A DNA stretch of 64,000 bases from the human T2T-CHM13v2.0 reference genome, Homo sapiens. The notes under the pieces are model-generated. The model had not been told where the DNA came from, did no database searches, and saw nothing but the letters and a program-made list of their open reading frames with translations. The position numbers were made by a program, and so were the translations under genes. Every line of letters starts with the position of its first letter. Position 1 is the stretch's first letter. The DNA lies in assembly GCF_009914755.1 (NCBI RefSeq), contig NC_060926.1; one strand, written 5' to 3'. This document shows positions 1-14,747 of this stretch, piece by piece.

Positions 1-33
1 GTCAATCTTATAGTCAGATTTTTTTCTCTCTCC

Positions 34-351
34 TTTTTTTTTTTTTTTGTTTTTTTGTTTTTTGTTTCTGAGACAGAGTCTCACTGTGTCACCCAGGCTG
101 TAGTGCAGTGGCACGATATCAGCTCACTGCAACCTCTGCCTCCTAGGTTCAAGTGATTCTCCTGCCTCAGCCTCCTGAGTAGCTGGGACCGCAGGCGCAC
201 GCCACCACACCTGGCTCATTTTTGTAATTTTAGTAGAGACAGGGTTTTGTCATGTTGGCTAGGCTGGTCTTGAACTCCCGACCTCAAGTGATTCGCCCAC
301 CTCCACCTCCCAAAGTGCTGGGATTACAGGAGTGAGCAACTGCGTCCGGCC
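34..351 (-). mobile_element. Alu (AluS-like)
   Basis: T-rich tail, then reverse-complement Alu dimer ending cgtccggcc. Confidence 0.95.
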
Positions 352-384
352 AGATTTTTTGTCTTTAATGATTTTCTTTTCTTC

Positions 385-695
385 TTTTTTTTCCTTTTTT
401 TTTTTTTTTTTGAGACAGGGTCTTACTCCTATTACCCAGGCTGGAATGCAGTGGCATGATCAGGGCTCGCTGCAGCCTCAAATGCCCAGGCTCAGGTGAT
501 TCACCCACCTCAGCCCCCTGAGTAGCTGGGACTACAGGTGTGCCCCACCATGCCCAGCTAATTTTTGTATTCTTTATAGAGATGGGGTTTTACCATGTTG
601 CTCAGGCTGGTCTCAAAACTCCTGGGCTCAAGCAATCTGCCTGCCTCAGCCTCCCAAAGGGTTGGGGTTACAGGCGTGAGCCATGGTGCCTGGCC
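385..695 (-). mobile_element. Alu (AluJ-like)
   Basis: poly-T, gagacagggtct...cctgggctcaagcaatc...cctggcc. Confidence 0.93.
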
Positions 696-1110
696 TTTAA
701 CAATTTTTTATTCTTTTTTTCCCCCTATAATTTAGTTATCGTTGTTTTCTCTGGGTGAGAGAAGAACCATTTCTCTCAAGTCCATTGTTACTGTGCTGGG
801 GCCAATGACCTAGAGCAGTCATTTCTGGCTATTTTAGTAATAGAATCCTTCCTTAATATGAATCCTGCAGAGAAGCTCACTATATAAACTTATGAAAGAG
901 GAATCCTCCCTTTACTGAAGTGAGCTGGGGGCCAACCCCCAAGGCACCTCCTTGGTATCTGTAAGGATTCCCGGAGTAGCATTTTAAATCCCCTAGTTCC
1001 TGGGAGAAATCAGGACTGGAAATCAAAGTACCCTGGAGATGAGCACGGTGTTTGCTTTCCTGAAGACCCATTCAGCATCTCGCTGTCACTCATGCATACG
1101 TTAAGTATTT

Positions 1111-1446
1111 CTTTTCTTTTCTTTTCTTTTCTTTTCTTTTTCTTTTTTTTTTTTTTTTTTTTGCAACAGTCTCGTTCTGTCGCCCAGGAGGAGTGCAGTG
1201 GCACAATCTCGGCTCACTACAACCTCCGCCTCCCGGGTTCGGGTTCAAGAGATCCTAGTGTGTCAGCCTCCCAAGTAGCTGGGATTACAGGCAAGTGCCA
1301 CCACGCCCGGCTAATTTTGTACTTTTAGTAGAGACAGGGTTTCGCCATGTTGGTCAGGCTGGTCTCAAACTCCTAACCTTAGGTGATCCACCTGCTTCAG
1401 CCTCCCAAAGTGCTGGGATTACAGGCGTGAGCCACCACACCCAGCC
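1111..1446 (-). mobile_element. Alu (AluS-like) with (TTTTC)n tail and long TSD
   Basis: Alu dimer flanked by tcatgcatacRttaagtatttctt at 1090-1113 and 1447-1470. Confidence 0.95.
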
Positions 1447-1950
1447 TCATGCATACATTAAGTATTTCTTGCCCTCCTGCTGGATATAAAGCCCTGTGTC
1501 AGATGCTGGGGGCATGGGAATGAATACGATAGACATGTCCCCTACTCTTTTGTTGAGAATAGGGTTTTAGCCTTTCAGAAACAAAATCTGGCCTGGTGCA
1601 TGAGGTCGTTTGTGTGTTCTGGTGACAGGTCATCCCTGTGGGTGCTCCCTGGGCAGATATGTCCTACTCAAATTAGTCAGACTCTCTTTCAAAGTGTGCC
1701 CCTTAGGAAGCCATGAGAAGCCCAGTGTGCCAAGAACACTCTTTTGTGATTCTAAAACCATCCCCGGGGATTAGGACTAGACACAAACTATGAAGACTAA
1801 CAGGTAAATAGGAGAGTTCGACAGAGTGATACCTAAGGGGCTCTTTGCAATGCAGTAACAATCTGCTTTCTGTGTTTATGCATTGACCAACCCTCCCCCA
1901 CTTCACCCCCAATATTCTTTTAAGTAGGAGTTGAAGGGTATAAAAGCTCA

Positions 1951-2368
<418 letters not shown>

Positions 2369-2373
2369 TAGCT

Positions 2374-2407
2374 TGCAGTTAACAGCTTTTGCCACGAGAG
2401 GGCGATG
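2374..2407 (+). promoter_or_regulatory. Candidate CTCF site (core plus upstream motif)
   Basis: Core TTGCCACGAGAGGGCG (2389-2404) with TGCAG at 2374, 18 nt before CCAC. Confidence 0.65.
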
Positions 2408-3266
2408 ATTGTTGGAAAGGCAGAGCTGAGTGGGCCAAGGTTGGACCCTGGGGATGTTGATGAAATAGCAACTGGTTATTATGTTCCGTTGATCCAGGGC
2501 CAGAAAGAGGAGACAAAGGACCTAAAATGCTTTAGGCTTAGATAGCTAGGTGATATTCTAGGAGGCGAAAATTTGGAACTGCTTCAGTTTCCAGCATTGT
2601 GTTATACTTTTATGTGTAAGAGCCTGAAGTTGAACAGAAAAAAAAAAAAAAAGTCGGGGCGGAGCTGTCTTTTCTTTTAAAAATAGACGCATGGAAGCAT
2701 GTGTTTGTTTGTTCCTACTTGGTGTTTTTGTTTTATTTATAAAATGAAAACAGCTGAAATAATTTCTGGATTGTTCTGAACTTTTGAGCACAGACTCCCA
2801 GATGGTTTCTGTGGTCTGGGCCCTCAAAAACCCACCTGATGGGGGATGGCGCCCATCTTTGGAAAAAGCTATTTGAGGCTCTGTGAAGCAGCTCGAGTTT
2901 GTTTGTTTTCCCTTGTATTTGAAAATGGAAGTCAAGCATGCTCCCAGGGCAGAGAATTCCGCAACTGTGACCATCTTGCAAGGGGCAGGAAAAGATTTAC
3001 AGTGTTTTGCTAGACCAATCGCCACTTCCTTCTGGGGTAAAAATCCTTACCAGCAACTCCTTACCAGCGACTCCTCTTCTGGCTAAATTGGAGTAGCATT
3101 TTCCTATCAAAGTCATTTAAGATACAGATTATTCAATAACCTGAGAGAAGGGTGGAGTATTCATTTCTAATGACTTCACAGAATTCCAGTCCTCTCTGAG
3201 CCCGAAGAGTTGTTGACTATCATCAGGTGTTAGGCCTCACATCTTTCATTTGCTAACAGTATTTTA

Positions 3267-3614
<348 letters not shown>

Positions 3615-6600
3615 TTAAAAATATAGTCGTTCTCCTTCGACACTCAAAAGTTCTCTATTTGCAAATGAAGTTCATATGAATTTGTTAATGATTCACTTCT
3701 CAGTAATTGGCAATCCCAAATTAATCAGATTTCCTTGCACTAATGGTTTCTTTAATAAATGATATTAGATGGTAATAGAAAGGACAGTCTTGGCAATAAC
3801 TGCTTAAATCATAGCATGAGGGATTTAGATTTTCATCAGCAGCTTGCACCAGAAGCAGAGTCTGACTGAATATTATCTCCTTTGTAGATTAGATAGAAGA
3901 AGAATTAGGGAGATACAAAGAAGCATTTTCTAAGCATAGTTAGACTCTGATTTTGGTGACAGTACGAACTAGGGAAGTTGGAAAATGCCTCATTGGCCTA
4001 AAACTGGTAACATATAATAAACTAGGACTGGAGGCAAAATTACAGAAGTTTTTTTGGTAATTCTCTTGGGCTCTTTCTGGGGGATTCTTAGTCTTATAGA
4101 ATTTTGCTACTTGATGCTCATCCATGGCCTGTGGAATGTATCGTCCTTTCATGTGGGTGTGGGGAGAAAAGGACTGGGGCAGTGGGAAAGGGGAGGCCCC
4201 ATTGTTGCCAACACCAAGCCCAAGCTTTCTGTAGATGTGGCTCCCCATTTTCAACTAGAAGAAGAGAAATTTTTCATGTTCTAGCTTGAGAAGCCATGCT
4301 CTTAAGTTATTTGACCCTGTACATCCTCGACCCTTCAAAATATTTAAATTATTCCACACTTCAGCGCTGGCATCACAGATTATACGATAATAATTTACCA
4401 AGCTTCTTTTCTGCAAACAGGTAAAGGAGGAGGAGACATGGGTGGTAATGTAATTTCTGGATAGTTTAAACCTAAAAGCCTGCTATTAAGAGAAAAGGGG
4501 AAAATGACTGTTCAAGACCTGTATCTTGAAAGAATGCTGTTTATCTAGTATTCAGGGGCCAGGGAGTGTGTCTGTGGGTAAACTAAGCAATTCCTCCAAG
4601 AATTCTGACGGGAAACAGTTTTGGGGTTTGTCATAGTTTCTAATATTCTCTTAAAATAATCTGTTTCCCAACAAGTAAAAGCAGACGTCATTTCACGTAA
4701 AGAATTTCTCTGACTCCACCAGTAGCCCTTCCATCTTCTCATTTGTCCGGTTAAGCTTGAGTCAGAAAAAGAACACAACAATTTTGGTAAAAAATTTGTT
4801 GTTCTTCTCATCTGAATAGCCAAAAGTTATTGGTGTGTAAGGACCACAGTTCAGATAAGAGCTACTGTAACTAAATTTAGAGAAATTACTTTTCAGATCG
4901 ACTTTCCTGTTCTAAAATTACATACTTCTGGTTGGTCTTTGCTTTATCTTCCTAATCAAGATCTGAGGTCACTGGAGGTCAGAAACATATGGCAAAAAGG
5001 AATTTAAATATTTTCCAATTAAAAAATTATCCTAAAATATCTTTATTATATTTCCAAGCCATAAATGATCACAGGTGCTTTGAGCCATGGTACTGATCCC
5101 AGGAAAGTGTTTGCAAACGTTTAAAAAATAGAATGGATCAGTTGATTCATGCTTTAGCTGATGGCACGGTCTCTTGGGAAGCTAACCCACTCTTGCCTCT
5201 TGCCCATGGGGCCAGGGGAACACTGCTGTTTAATTTGTCTTAAATACCTCTTCTGAGACTGTATTGGTCCCCGACCACCCATTTGCAAAGATCCAGCATC
5301 CCTCAAGACTATTTAACAGACGTTCCAAAAAGCTGGATGCTGACAGTCCAACTGTCATTTTAACCTTGGCATCTCCCATGACAGAGTGTGGAGCAGCAGG
5401 CTGTGACCTAGAGGAAAGACACAGAAGTGGTGAGGGGTTGCAGGGGCTGTAGCGTGGTGAGATGGCCCTGTACAATATCAGGTGAAGGGGAAGCATTTAT
5501 AAACTTCCTTTGTTTTGATGTATCTGTTTTTCCCCCTATTTCTGCCTATACACCTACTTGAGCACTGGCTTGGCTAAAGTTACCCCCAAGAAAATGTTGA
5601 AGTAATGAGTCACCTACCTCACTTCATTTTTTTGAGACCTCACTTTCTTTCCTTCCTTTCTTTCCCTCCGAATTTATGAATGAAAATAGATAGGTAGAGG
5701 TTGAATTGGCTAAGGCTGTCTGTTGCTTTTTGATTTTCCCATCTCCAGGGGAAGAGGGCAGGGAACGATCCACTCCAATTAGGAATCCTAGACTTATATT
5801 CATTTAACAACTTTATATTATCCAGAACATTTTGTACAAATACATTGTAGAAATAAGTTATTTCTAGTGCTTGGGGCATAGTCTGTGAACTGATTTGTCT
5901 GTATATCTCGTAAATTTTCCATTTAGATGATCAGAGCAGGACAGAAGTTTCTCGCTGTGCTCTTAGGCTACAGGCAACTGTTGTCACTGGCTGACCCTTG
6001 GTTATAAGTACGTGGGAACTATGTCCTGGGCTTCACAGACAGGAGGAGAAGAGTTAGTTCTGTGGTGAGCTGTGTCTTTGGGGTGGTGGGAAGTCAACCC
6101 CAAAGAATGATTCTTATCATTGCTTCTTTTTTAACTAAGTTGGCAGAGTTTTATCTTCTCCATAGATACGTGGTAAAGGAAACTCATTTGAACCATTTGA
6201 ACTGGTGGTTAATCTGAGTAATATGGAATATGTTCAAAGTGATGACATTGTATTACTTCTGTGCATGGACAGGAACTAGAACGGCTAATAAAATTGTTGT
6301 CAGGTAGAAGTTCTGAAGAGCCTGACATGATAAAAAGATAAGGATCATTTTAACCAGCACATTTGCTAAATAGGTAGTTGTTACTGCTGTGCCAAAAATT
6401 TCTTTCTATTCTTAAATTATTTAAAACATTATCTACCTTTGCATTGGCTATTAATTGGCCAAGCAATGCATTCCTTTCTACAGATAAATGTTCAGCCTGG
6501 TCCTATACAAGATATCACCATATCCTATTTGAACAAGTGCCAAATGAATGACGTGCATTATATATACTGAGTCTTCATCCATCAAAATAATTTTATTTAA

Positions 6601-8174
6601 ACAGTTTGGATTAATAGGAAAAGAATGGTACTTAAAGTAGTGGTTCAGAGTCACAATAAACAGCCTGAGGTGACATCTGAGAGGCAGTTTTGGCGCTACC
6701 TGGAAGGCAGAGGTGACAGGAGTACCTGTTAGCCGAAGGCAGTGAGTTTTATGCTGTGGCCTGGCCTTTGCTCCCTGCAGTCTTTCTCGTCTCTTCCACA
6801 TGTTTGGTGCGTATTCAGGTTTGGGCCCAGCCTACGTGGTGCAAAATGAAACACCATGTGTAATTTCAAGGGTGGACACATCTTAGAGTTCTGAGCAAAA
6901 GAAGAATGAGCACTTTATGTGTTGCAGGAACGCTGCTTGCATCTAGTAGATGCTCACAACGTATCTGCTGAACATTGAATGGCATTCATGAAATTAAAGC
7001 ATAAAACTTCCCGTTAGTTTAAAGCAGAGCCTGGGGGTCTACAGTGGAGGGCTTGCCCATCCTTATCAAGCTAGACAACTTGGTAATAACTACTTAGCTA
7101 ACTCTCCTAACGCTACAGACCAAGAATATAACGCAAGGTAGGGGTACAGTAAAAGTCATGTGAATCTGGAATGCCGGTATTCCAGGCATTTGTTGTGGGT
7201 TTCCTGGCATTAGATTGTTCATGGGTCAGTATTGCAAGAGAATGCACATTTTTTACATCATACTCTCGTTGAAGGCAGGGTTTCCTTACTGGCTTACTGA
7301 TTATATCACTCGCGAAGGGATTAGTCAGAAGGCAATGGAAACATCTTTCGTTTTCATTGTTCAGAGAGAGACTGGGGGTTTGTCTGCACTTTTACATTAT
7401 CAGTGGGTAGAATCTCCCTTTGAGATTCTTAACAGAGGGTCATGAATTAGTATAAACCTTAGCTGGTCTGTATCCAGGATGAAAAAAATAATCTATTTTG
7501 GTGAGCCACTTGAGTCATAGGCTATCTAACTTACGAGCATGCCTACTCTGTTAGGTCCAGTAAAGGATTCAGAAAGAGACTTCAGGAGCTGCCCTGGGAA
7601 ACAAGACAATAAAACAGTGTTGAATTAGGTTTTCTAGAGTAATGGTGCTCACCCACCTTGGTAGTTCAGACAATCATAGCAGAGCAGAACCAAAATGATA
7701 TTAAATATATTAATTGATATATCTAATTAATCAGTCATTATTTATTGGTGTACCATTAGGTGCAAGGTATAATTCCTACTCATGAGGACTGAGAAAGACC
7801 AGTTGAAGAAGGGTAGAAAAATAATACCAACTTTAAAAAACTCTCTCTGATGTAACAATATAAGGCAATGGTAGAAGGTTGTCACATACAGAATAAGATC
7901 AATCATCAGATGTGTAGTTTAAGGATTGCCGTGAATTCAGAAGCAGAAGAATTCTCCAAGGGCTGTCTTCATTTGCAAAGGCATCACCAATGAGCAGGAG
8001 GATAGGAAATGCCTGGCATGTAGACGGGAGAGACTTGGAGCAGTTGCCCAAATGCCTCAGAAGTAACCAAGAGCAAGAAGTGGTTGTGATATTAAAAGAG
8101 ATCAGCTCAAGTAGGGACTTGTGAGATACCAGATTGAAATTTAGATTACCACCAGACGACAGGAGCTGTGGTCC

Positions 8175-8358
8175 TTGTGACTCCAAGGGTGATCCCTAGA
8201 CTAGCAGCATTGCATTACCTGGGAGCCTCTTAGAAATGCAGGATTTCCGGTCCCAACTTAGACCTGCAGAATCAGAATATTTGGGTGTGGAGTCCAGGAA
8301 TTATGCTATAAAAACTGTCCAGTTGATTCTTCTGCATGCTCAAGTGTGGAAAGCACTG
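8175..8358. mobile_element. MER5A-like hAT-Charlie MITE
   Basis: cagcattgcattacctgggagcctcttagaaatgca...agaatcagaa...aagcactg. Confidence 0.8.
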
Positions 8359-9649
8359 CTGCTTAGAACTGGGGCTTGGTTCCAAATGACAATGGAGATG
8401 CTTTGAAGAATCATTGAAGATGCTTTGAAGAGGAGAAGTGGCATGTCTTCTAGTGAGCAGACAGACCAGGGCATTTCAGAGACTTTCTTTTACGTGGTAG
8501 CCTCTGCTGTATTCTCACTTACCTGTTGCTCACCACCTGGAAAGTGAAATATCTCCAAATTGCCAGTCACTAACTATTGAAGTTGAAATTACATGACTGT
8601 TCTCTGAAGTGGTTTCTGAAGGCTGTCAGTAGGCCTTTTCTGGATTCTGATATGGTATGCGTCTAAAATATGTTTCTGTAAGTAAGGATTTTTTAAAGTA
8701 TATACTTTGCAAAAAAAAATACTCCAATCAACAATAAGAACAACTATAGGGTACTTAGAGTTTAGAACATAAAAGTCATTCATATGTTTTCTAACCATTT
8801 AAAAAATCAGTTTCCTGTATTTTGATTCCATTCATTTATCTAGCACTTATCAGGAAATTCAGGTTTCCATGTTACACAGTTTATATGGGCCCTTATAAAT
8901 CAGTATACCACTTTGATGGAAAAAATTTCCAAACTAAATCATTGCATAATCATTCATAGCAATAGCATCACTGTTATAATAAAATTAGCACAAATTTTAA
9001 AGTCTTGGTAAAAAGATTTTTGAATCTTATTTTAGTTTTTCTTGGCAACTTTGGTGTAACAGTTGGCTATAAGAAGGGCTATAAGATGTTAGGATTGCTA
9101 TTCCTGCTTTAAATAGTTCCAGATTGGCAATTTTGGGGCAATTCTAGCGGTCACCTATTCCCTTATTTCCTAAGCTGGGAAGAATGGAATTTTCTTAAGG
9201 TTGAAATCCTAACCTGAATTTTACTGATAGAACCACAAAGTGGTACCTAGCCGACAGATTCACACATGGTGTTCACTTCTGCTGTTGAGTAGCACGTGGG
9301 TCCTGGTGCTAGTGTTTCTTTTCCTGCTCAGAGGACCTCTTCTCTCTTACTGATTTACAGTGACGTCCAGATGGTGGAGTTTGCTACAAAGCAGCCCACT
9401 GTATGAAAGACATGACATTGTATTCACCTGGACTCTAGGTTGACTCTAAAGAAGGCAAGGGTCCTTTGGTCACAGGGAGAACTGTTGTGTTCCTTCACAA
9501 GGTAGCAGAGACTTTGTGTTCTAGAGACTTGAGACCACCTCTATAAATATAACCAGAGCACAGGCTTCCTGTGTGGACCCTCAATACACATTTTTGAATG
9601 TTAGCCTCAAGCACCTTCATTTTTGATGTATAAAAAAATGGCATTTTAT

Positions 9650-10225
<576 letters not shown>

Positions 10226-10644
10226 ACTCTTTACTTGTTAATTATGTCCTCTCATTTGCCTTAGATTATCATTTTCTAAGCAAACAAAAAGGCCAAGATG
10301 GAGATGGTTTGCTCCAAACAGCTAGGTCTCATCACTGTTCTCTTAAGTAAACCAAATGCGTAGAGATGCCCATGTCCTCATGGCTTTCCTGCACCCAGAA
10401 AACCCACACCCTACTCATTTTGACACCTTCCCCCTAAATCTCCACTCTTCTATGGAAACTTCCAAATAATAAAATACCATCGAATAATGTTAACGTATTT
10501 CATTGGAGTTTCTCATCTCTCCAAAGAGATTGTAGCCTTTTTGAAGTCCTCTATAAATATGTACTAGTCAGCTGATTTGAAATTTGTTTATCATGGAGCC
10601 ATAGGCTGCTACTGAATGAAGACTAGTGAATGAAAAATCAGAAC

Positions 10645-10860
10645 TAATATTTTCCTGAGCAATTTTTAAGGGGTAGGCAGCTACAGTAAAGACACCTTAT
10701 TTTAGTTTTCCATGAAGTAGCTACTATTGAATCTCGATTTTACAAATAGGGAAACCAGCATTTCCTTTTGTCCAAGTTCATGCAGCTTGTTCACGCAGCT
10801 GAGCTAGGATTTTAACCCAGGCAGTCAGGATTCCAAGGCCAAGTTTGGACCCCTATACCA
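10645..10860 (-). mobile_element. MIR
   Basis: ttttacaaatagggaaac...gagctaggattttaacccaggcagtc. Confidence 0.75.
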
Positions 10861-12194
10861 CACCAATGAGAATGAAGGATGAGGAAAGCTATAGGAAACT
10901 TTAAAAACGTCCATGGAAGGAGTGCCCAAACAGGGACTGACTACAGTCAAATCATGAACTGTTTCAGTTAGGTTCCCAGGCATTTGTGACATTACCCACT
11001 CTGTTTAGATAACGAATTTATGTGTTTAGAGAGACCAGCCTCCTATCTGCATTGTCAGCCATCAGTCTAAATCAAAGCTTCCACCCAGTCCTGAATCTCT
11101 CCCTTACTTGGTCTAACCACCTTTCCAAGTATTTAGGAACAAAAGATTTGTGAACAGATTAAACACAGGCTGCTTTTGTTCCACTCCTACAGCTACCTAT
11201 GCCTGCTTAATGCGGACTACAGGGTGTAGACTGGAGTCTGCGCTCGTGTATTTTAAACACACGCGGGAATTCAGCACCTTCCTCCGACAGCACAACAATG
11301 GTTCAACAATTCTTCACAGAAGACCCCGCGCTATTATAGCAAATATTTATAAGTTTATCTCACCACACTGCTCAGTGTTCAGAGTAAATCTGAATGGAAA
11401 TATGGAGATCAAAGAATTTAATAATTTAAAAAACCCTTTCACGCTTTATCTGTCATCAAATGAAAGTATTAGTGAAGTGGTATGGAAATCCTCTTCAGCG
11501 TGCCTTCAGCCACCAGCTGTGCCACTTAAGATTTAAAACAATGTGATCAAGTGTTCAGAATCCATGGGATTGAGTTGTATGTTTACGTTAGTGTATTATT
11601 TCCAAGTTTCCAGTTTCCCCCGGATTAGCACATTTTAATTTCGGCTTTATTAAAGCAGTCAGAACATGAAAGGGGATTTAGCAGAGTGGAGATGTCAACC
11701 ACGCTTTCTTGCCATCATGAAATGGTTTACTTGGTTCTGGGCAGCCATGCATATGAATCCAACAACATGTCTATAAGACTAAAAGTCAGCCAAGTGGGAC
11801 AAGAAATGCAATTATGGAGTGAAACCACAGCTATCTAAACACGGTCGGGACCTTCAGGTCCTCAATTTGATTTCATATGACCCTACAGTTATGAAAACCC
11901 AACACAGCATAGTATCAACTAAACAGTAAATGCTTTAAATGCTAGGCATTCCTGGAGTGGCTCACATAAGCCCAGTATGGTGTTAGGCATTGTAGAGACA
12001 TGGTCAGATACAGGAGACATGGCCCTGGGAACTCCATGAGATACCTCTTGTAGGAAGCCATGGTTTTGATGGGGGTGCACTTTGTCCATCAGTGTGCTGG
12101 GATAGAAGACTAAAAGCCACTGGTCCAAGAAATGACTCTTTAGTTAGATTTACCAACACATGAAATTATCAGAGAAAAATGCAGTAGAATCACC

Positions 12195-12960
12195 AAATGT
12201 TCATGTTAGAAGGCACCCCAGCAGCTGCCTAATCTGCTGGTTCCCAAACCCCACTCATCAGTAGGAAGTACCTGGGGAATTCAAAAATAAATGCACATTC
12301 CCAGGGCCCACCCCAGAATCAGAAGCTCTGATAGAGGGGCCTGGAAATCTGTATGCTTTAAAATGCTACCAAGGGGTTCTAAACGTCCACCAGCTCATCT
12401 GGTCCAGCCTCTCAGTGAACAAAGAGTATTTCTGTTCACAGCCTTGCAAAAGTGAACATCCAGCCGAGGCCAGCATCCCCCAGGTTGGAAGGAACTCATT
12501 GTAGAACAAGGCAGCACGGGTCCGATGTTGCACAGAGGATTGGAGTTACTAGAGGTTTTTCTTCTAGTGTAATCAAAGGAACCTTGCTGTAACTTCTACC
12601 CACTGGGCTTAGTTTGACCCTTTGCAGTGACACAGACCAAATCTCCTTCCAATGTGGAAATCCTTCAAATATTTTAAGAGTTTCTCTTCAGTTTGTCCTT
12701 TGTCTGATACTTATTTGCCCATTCATTCAGTTCAGACTGCCAGTCTCCTCTAACACTGGATTTACTGGGGCTGGCTGTTGCACTTCCCTCAGCTGCTTCT
12801 CGGAGGTCCTGGCTTCTCCTCGCCCTCCTGTTTGCCCTCAGTCAGCGTTCAGTGTAGTGCACAGTGTCTGACACCACACTGACCGTGTGGTCTGACCAGC
12901 AGAACCCAACAGGAGCAGCAGGAGCGGTTGCTTCCTGCATTCCAGGCTCTGTCCTGCTTC
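12195..12960 (-). mobile_element. L3/CR1 LINE 3' portion, interrupted by MER5
   Basis: aacttctacccactgggcttagtttgaccct...ccttcaaatatttt; gtgtggtctgaccagcag. Confidence 0.7.
12237..12385. mobile_element. MER5-like MITE nested in L3
   Basis: ggttcccaaac...cccagggcccaccccagaatcagaa...ggcctggaaatctgtat. Confidence 0.7.
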
Positions 12961-13683
12961 AACTGAAGACTGTTCTGAGACTAATCAGGGACCCAAACTG
13001 ATGCAGACAGAAATCTCCGTGGCAGATCAGGAAGGGAAAATGTCAGTGTGGTTGAATTTACCAGGCATGAGTCACGTCCTGGTAAATGAATACATCTGGG
13101 GATGGAAGAGAGACACCGTCCTTCCAGTATTCCAAGTGGAGAAATACTGTTTCACTGGATACCTGAGTAACTGCTGCACAGACCACGCTATGCACGTATC
13201 ATCAGGTCTGCAAGCTGAACAGATGCTCTCACGTGTCATCTCTTAGAGGTAGGATCAGTCCTGGCTGCTATACTCAAGCAGGAAAGGTAAGAGGGGGCAG
13301 CTTTTTTTCCCTCTCTTTGTGTAGTGTGAGCAACCTAAATATTTCCATCTAAGCAGGTTATGGTTCCTTCCCACAATTGAAGGGAAATATTGATGTGCCT
13401 GTTTATTGGGGGGTCAGCTTCCTGGCCTGATTTGCTTATCTTTAAAACAGTCACAAGAACTTTGCATATTCTTAGGAAAGAAAAGGGTAAGAAAAGAATC
13501 ATTGTGTCTTGACAGCTGGTTGTAAAGTGAAGGAGTCAGTAAACAGGTTGGTGGTTTTATATACATGAGATTGAAAAAAGTTGCCTTGATTGTTTTTCCC
13601 TGAATCGGCTGGTCATTTTAATATCGATGTGGGCATGTTCTAATCCCCTGGTTAGTCAGCGAGATTTCTTTCTAAGTAGAATT

Positions 13684-13790
13684 AAGCAAGCAAACAAACA
13701 AACAAACAACAACAACCAAAAAAAAAAAAAAAAAAAAGAAAAACACGGATAGAAAAAACAGCAGCAACAACAACAATAGCAGCAGGAGGA
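13684..13790. repeat. Compound A-rich microsatellite (AAGC/AAAC/AAC, poly-A, CAG/CAA)
   Basis: Direct reading. Confidence 0.85.
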
Positions 13791-14245
13791 GCCACAATGA
13801 AATGGTTCAAGGATTGACCTACCCCAGGACTGCAGGTTTTATTTACTGCAGTATTCAGTACTTGAGCCTCCTGGAAATCAGAACTCCAGCATGACCTCTG
13901 TAGGTTTTGCTTTTTCTGTTGGTACAGGAACTGATAAGGTGACTCTTGAGTTTCTGGAATCAGAGTGGCAGCCACGAGGGCTGCGTAGGTTCTGTGTGAG
14001 GCCCAGCTCCAGCATCAGTGGTTGGAGACCAGGGAGACGCTTTGAGTTCTTCTTTACTGAGCTGCACGTGCACTGAGCCTGGACAGATGGGGATCTACAA
14101 GGGGTGTTTTGAGCACCAGCTGTTAGCCACCTATGTCCTGCCTGGGACACAGGAAGGTGTAAATGTGGGAAACAGGCAGAGTCTCATGCAGTCCCTACAC
14201 CAGATCGTGGGGAATCGCCTGAGCTCACAAGAAGAGCATTGGTAG

Positions 14246-14733
<488 letters not shown>

Positions 14734-14747
14734 TTAAGTTATTTCTT

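Noticed and set aside
2558-3025. 155-aa minus-strand ORF near a GC box (2656-2664)
   Set aside because: GTG start, crosses a poly-A tract, no recognisable domain; a single GC box without a CpG island does not make a promoter
8396-8431. 14-bp direct repeat agatgctttgaaga (similar short duplications near 9066 and 10777)
   Set aside because: Ordinary slippage duplications with two copies only; not an array
11150-11536. 128-aa ORF in unique sequence
   Set aside because: GTG start, no homology I recognise, no convincing splice boundaries
13898-13945. Possible 11-nt microexon (cag|gaactgataag|gtgact)
   Set aside because: Frameshifting and such AG..GT pairs arise often by chance; no support
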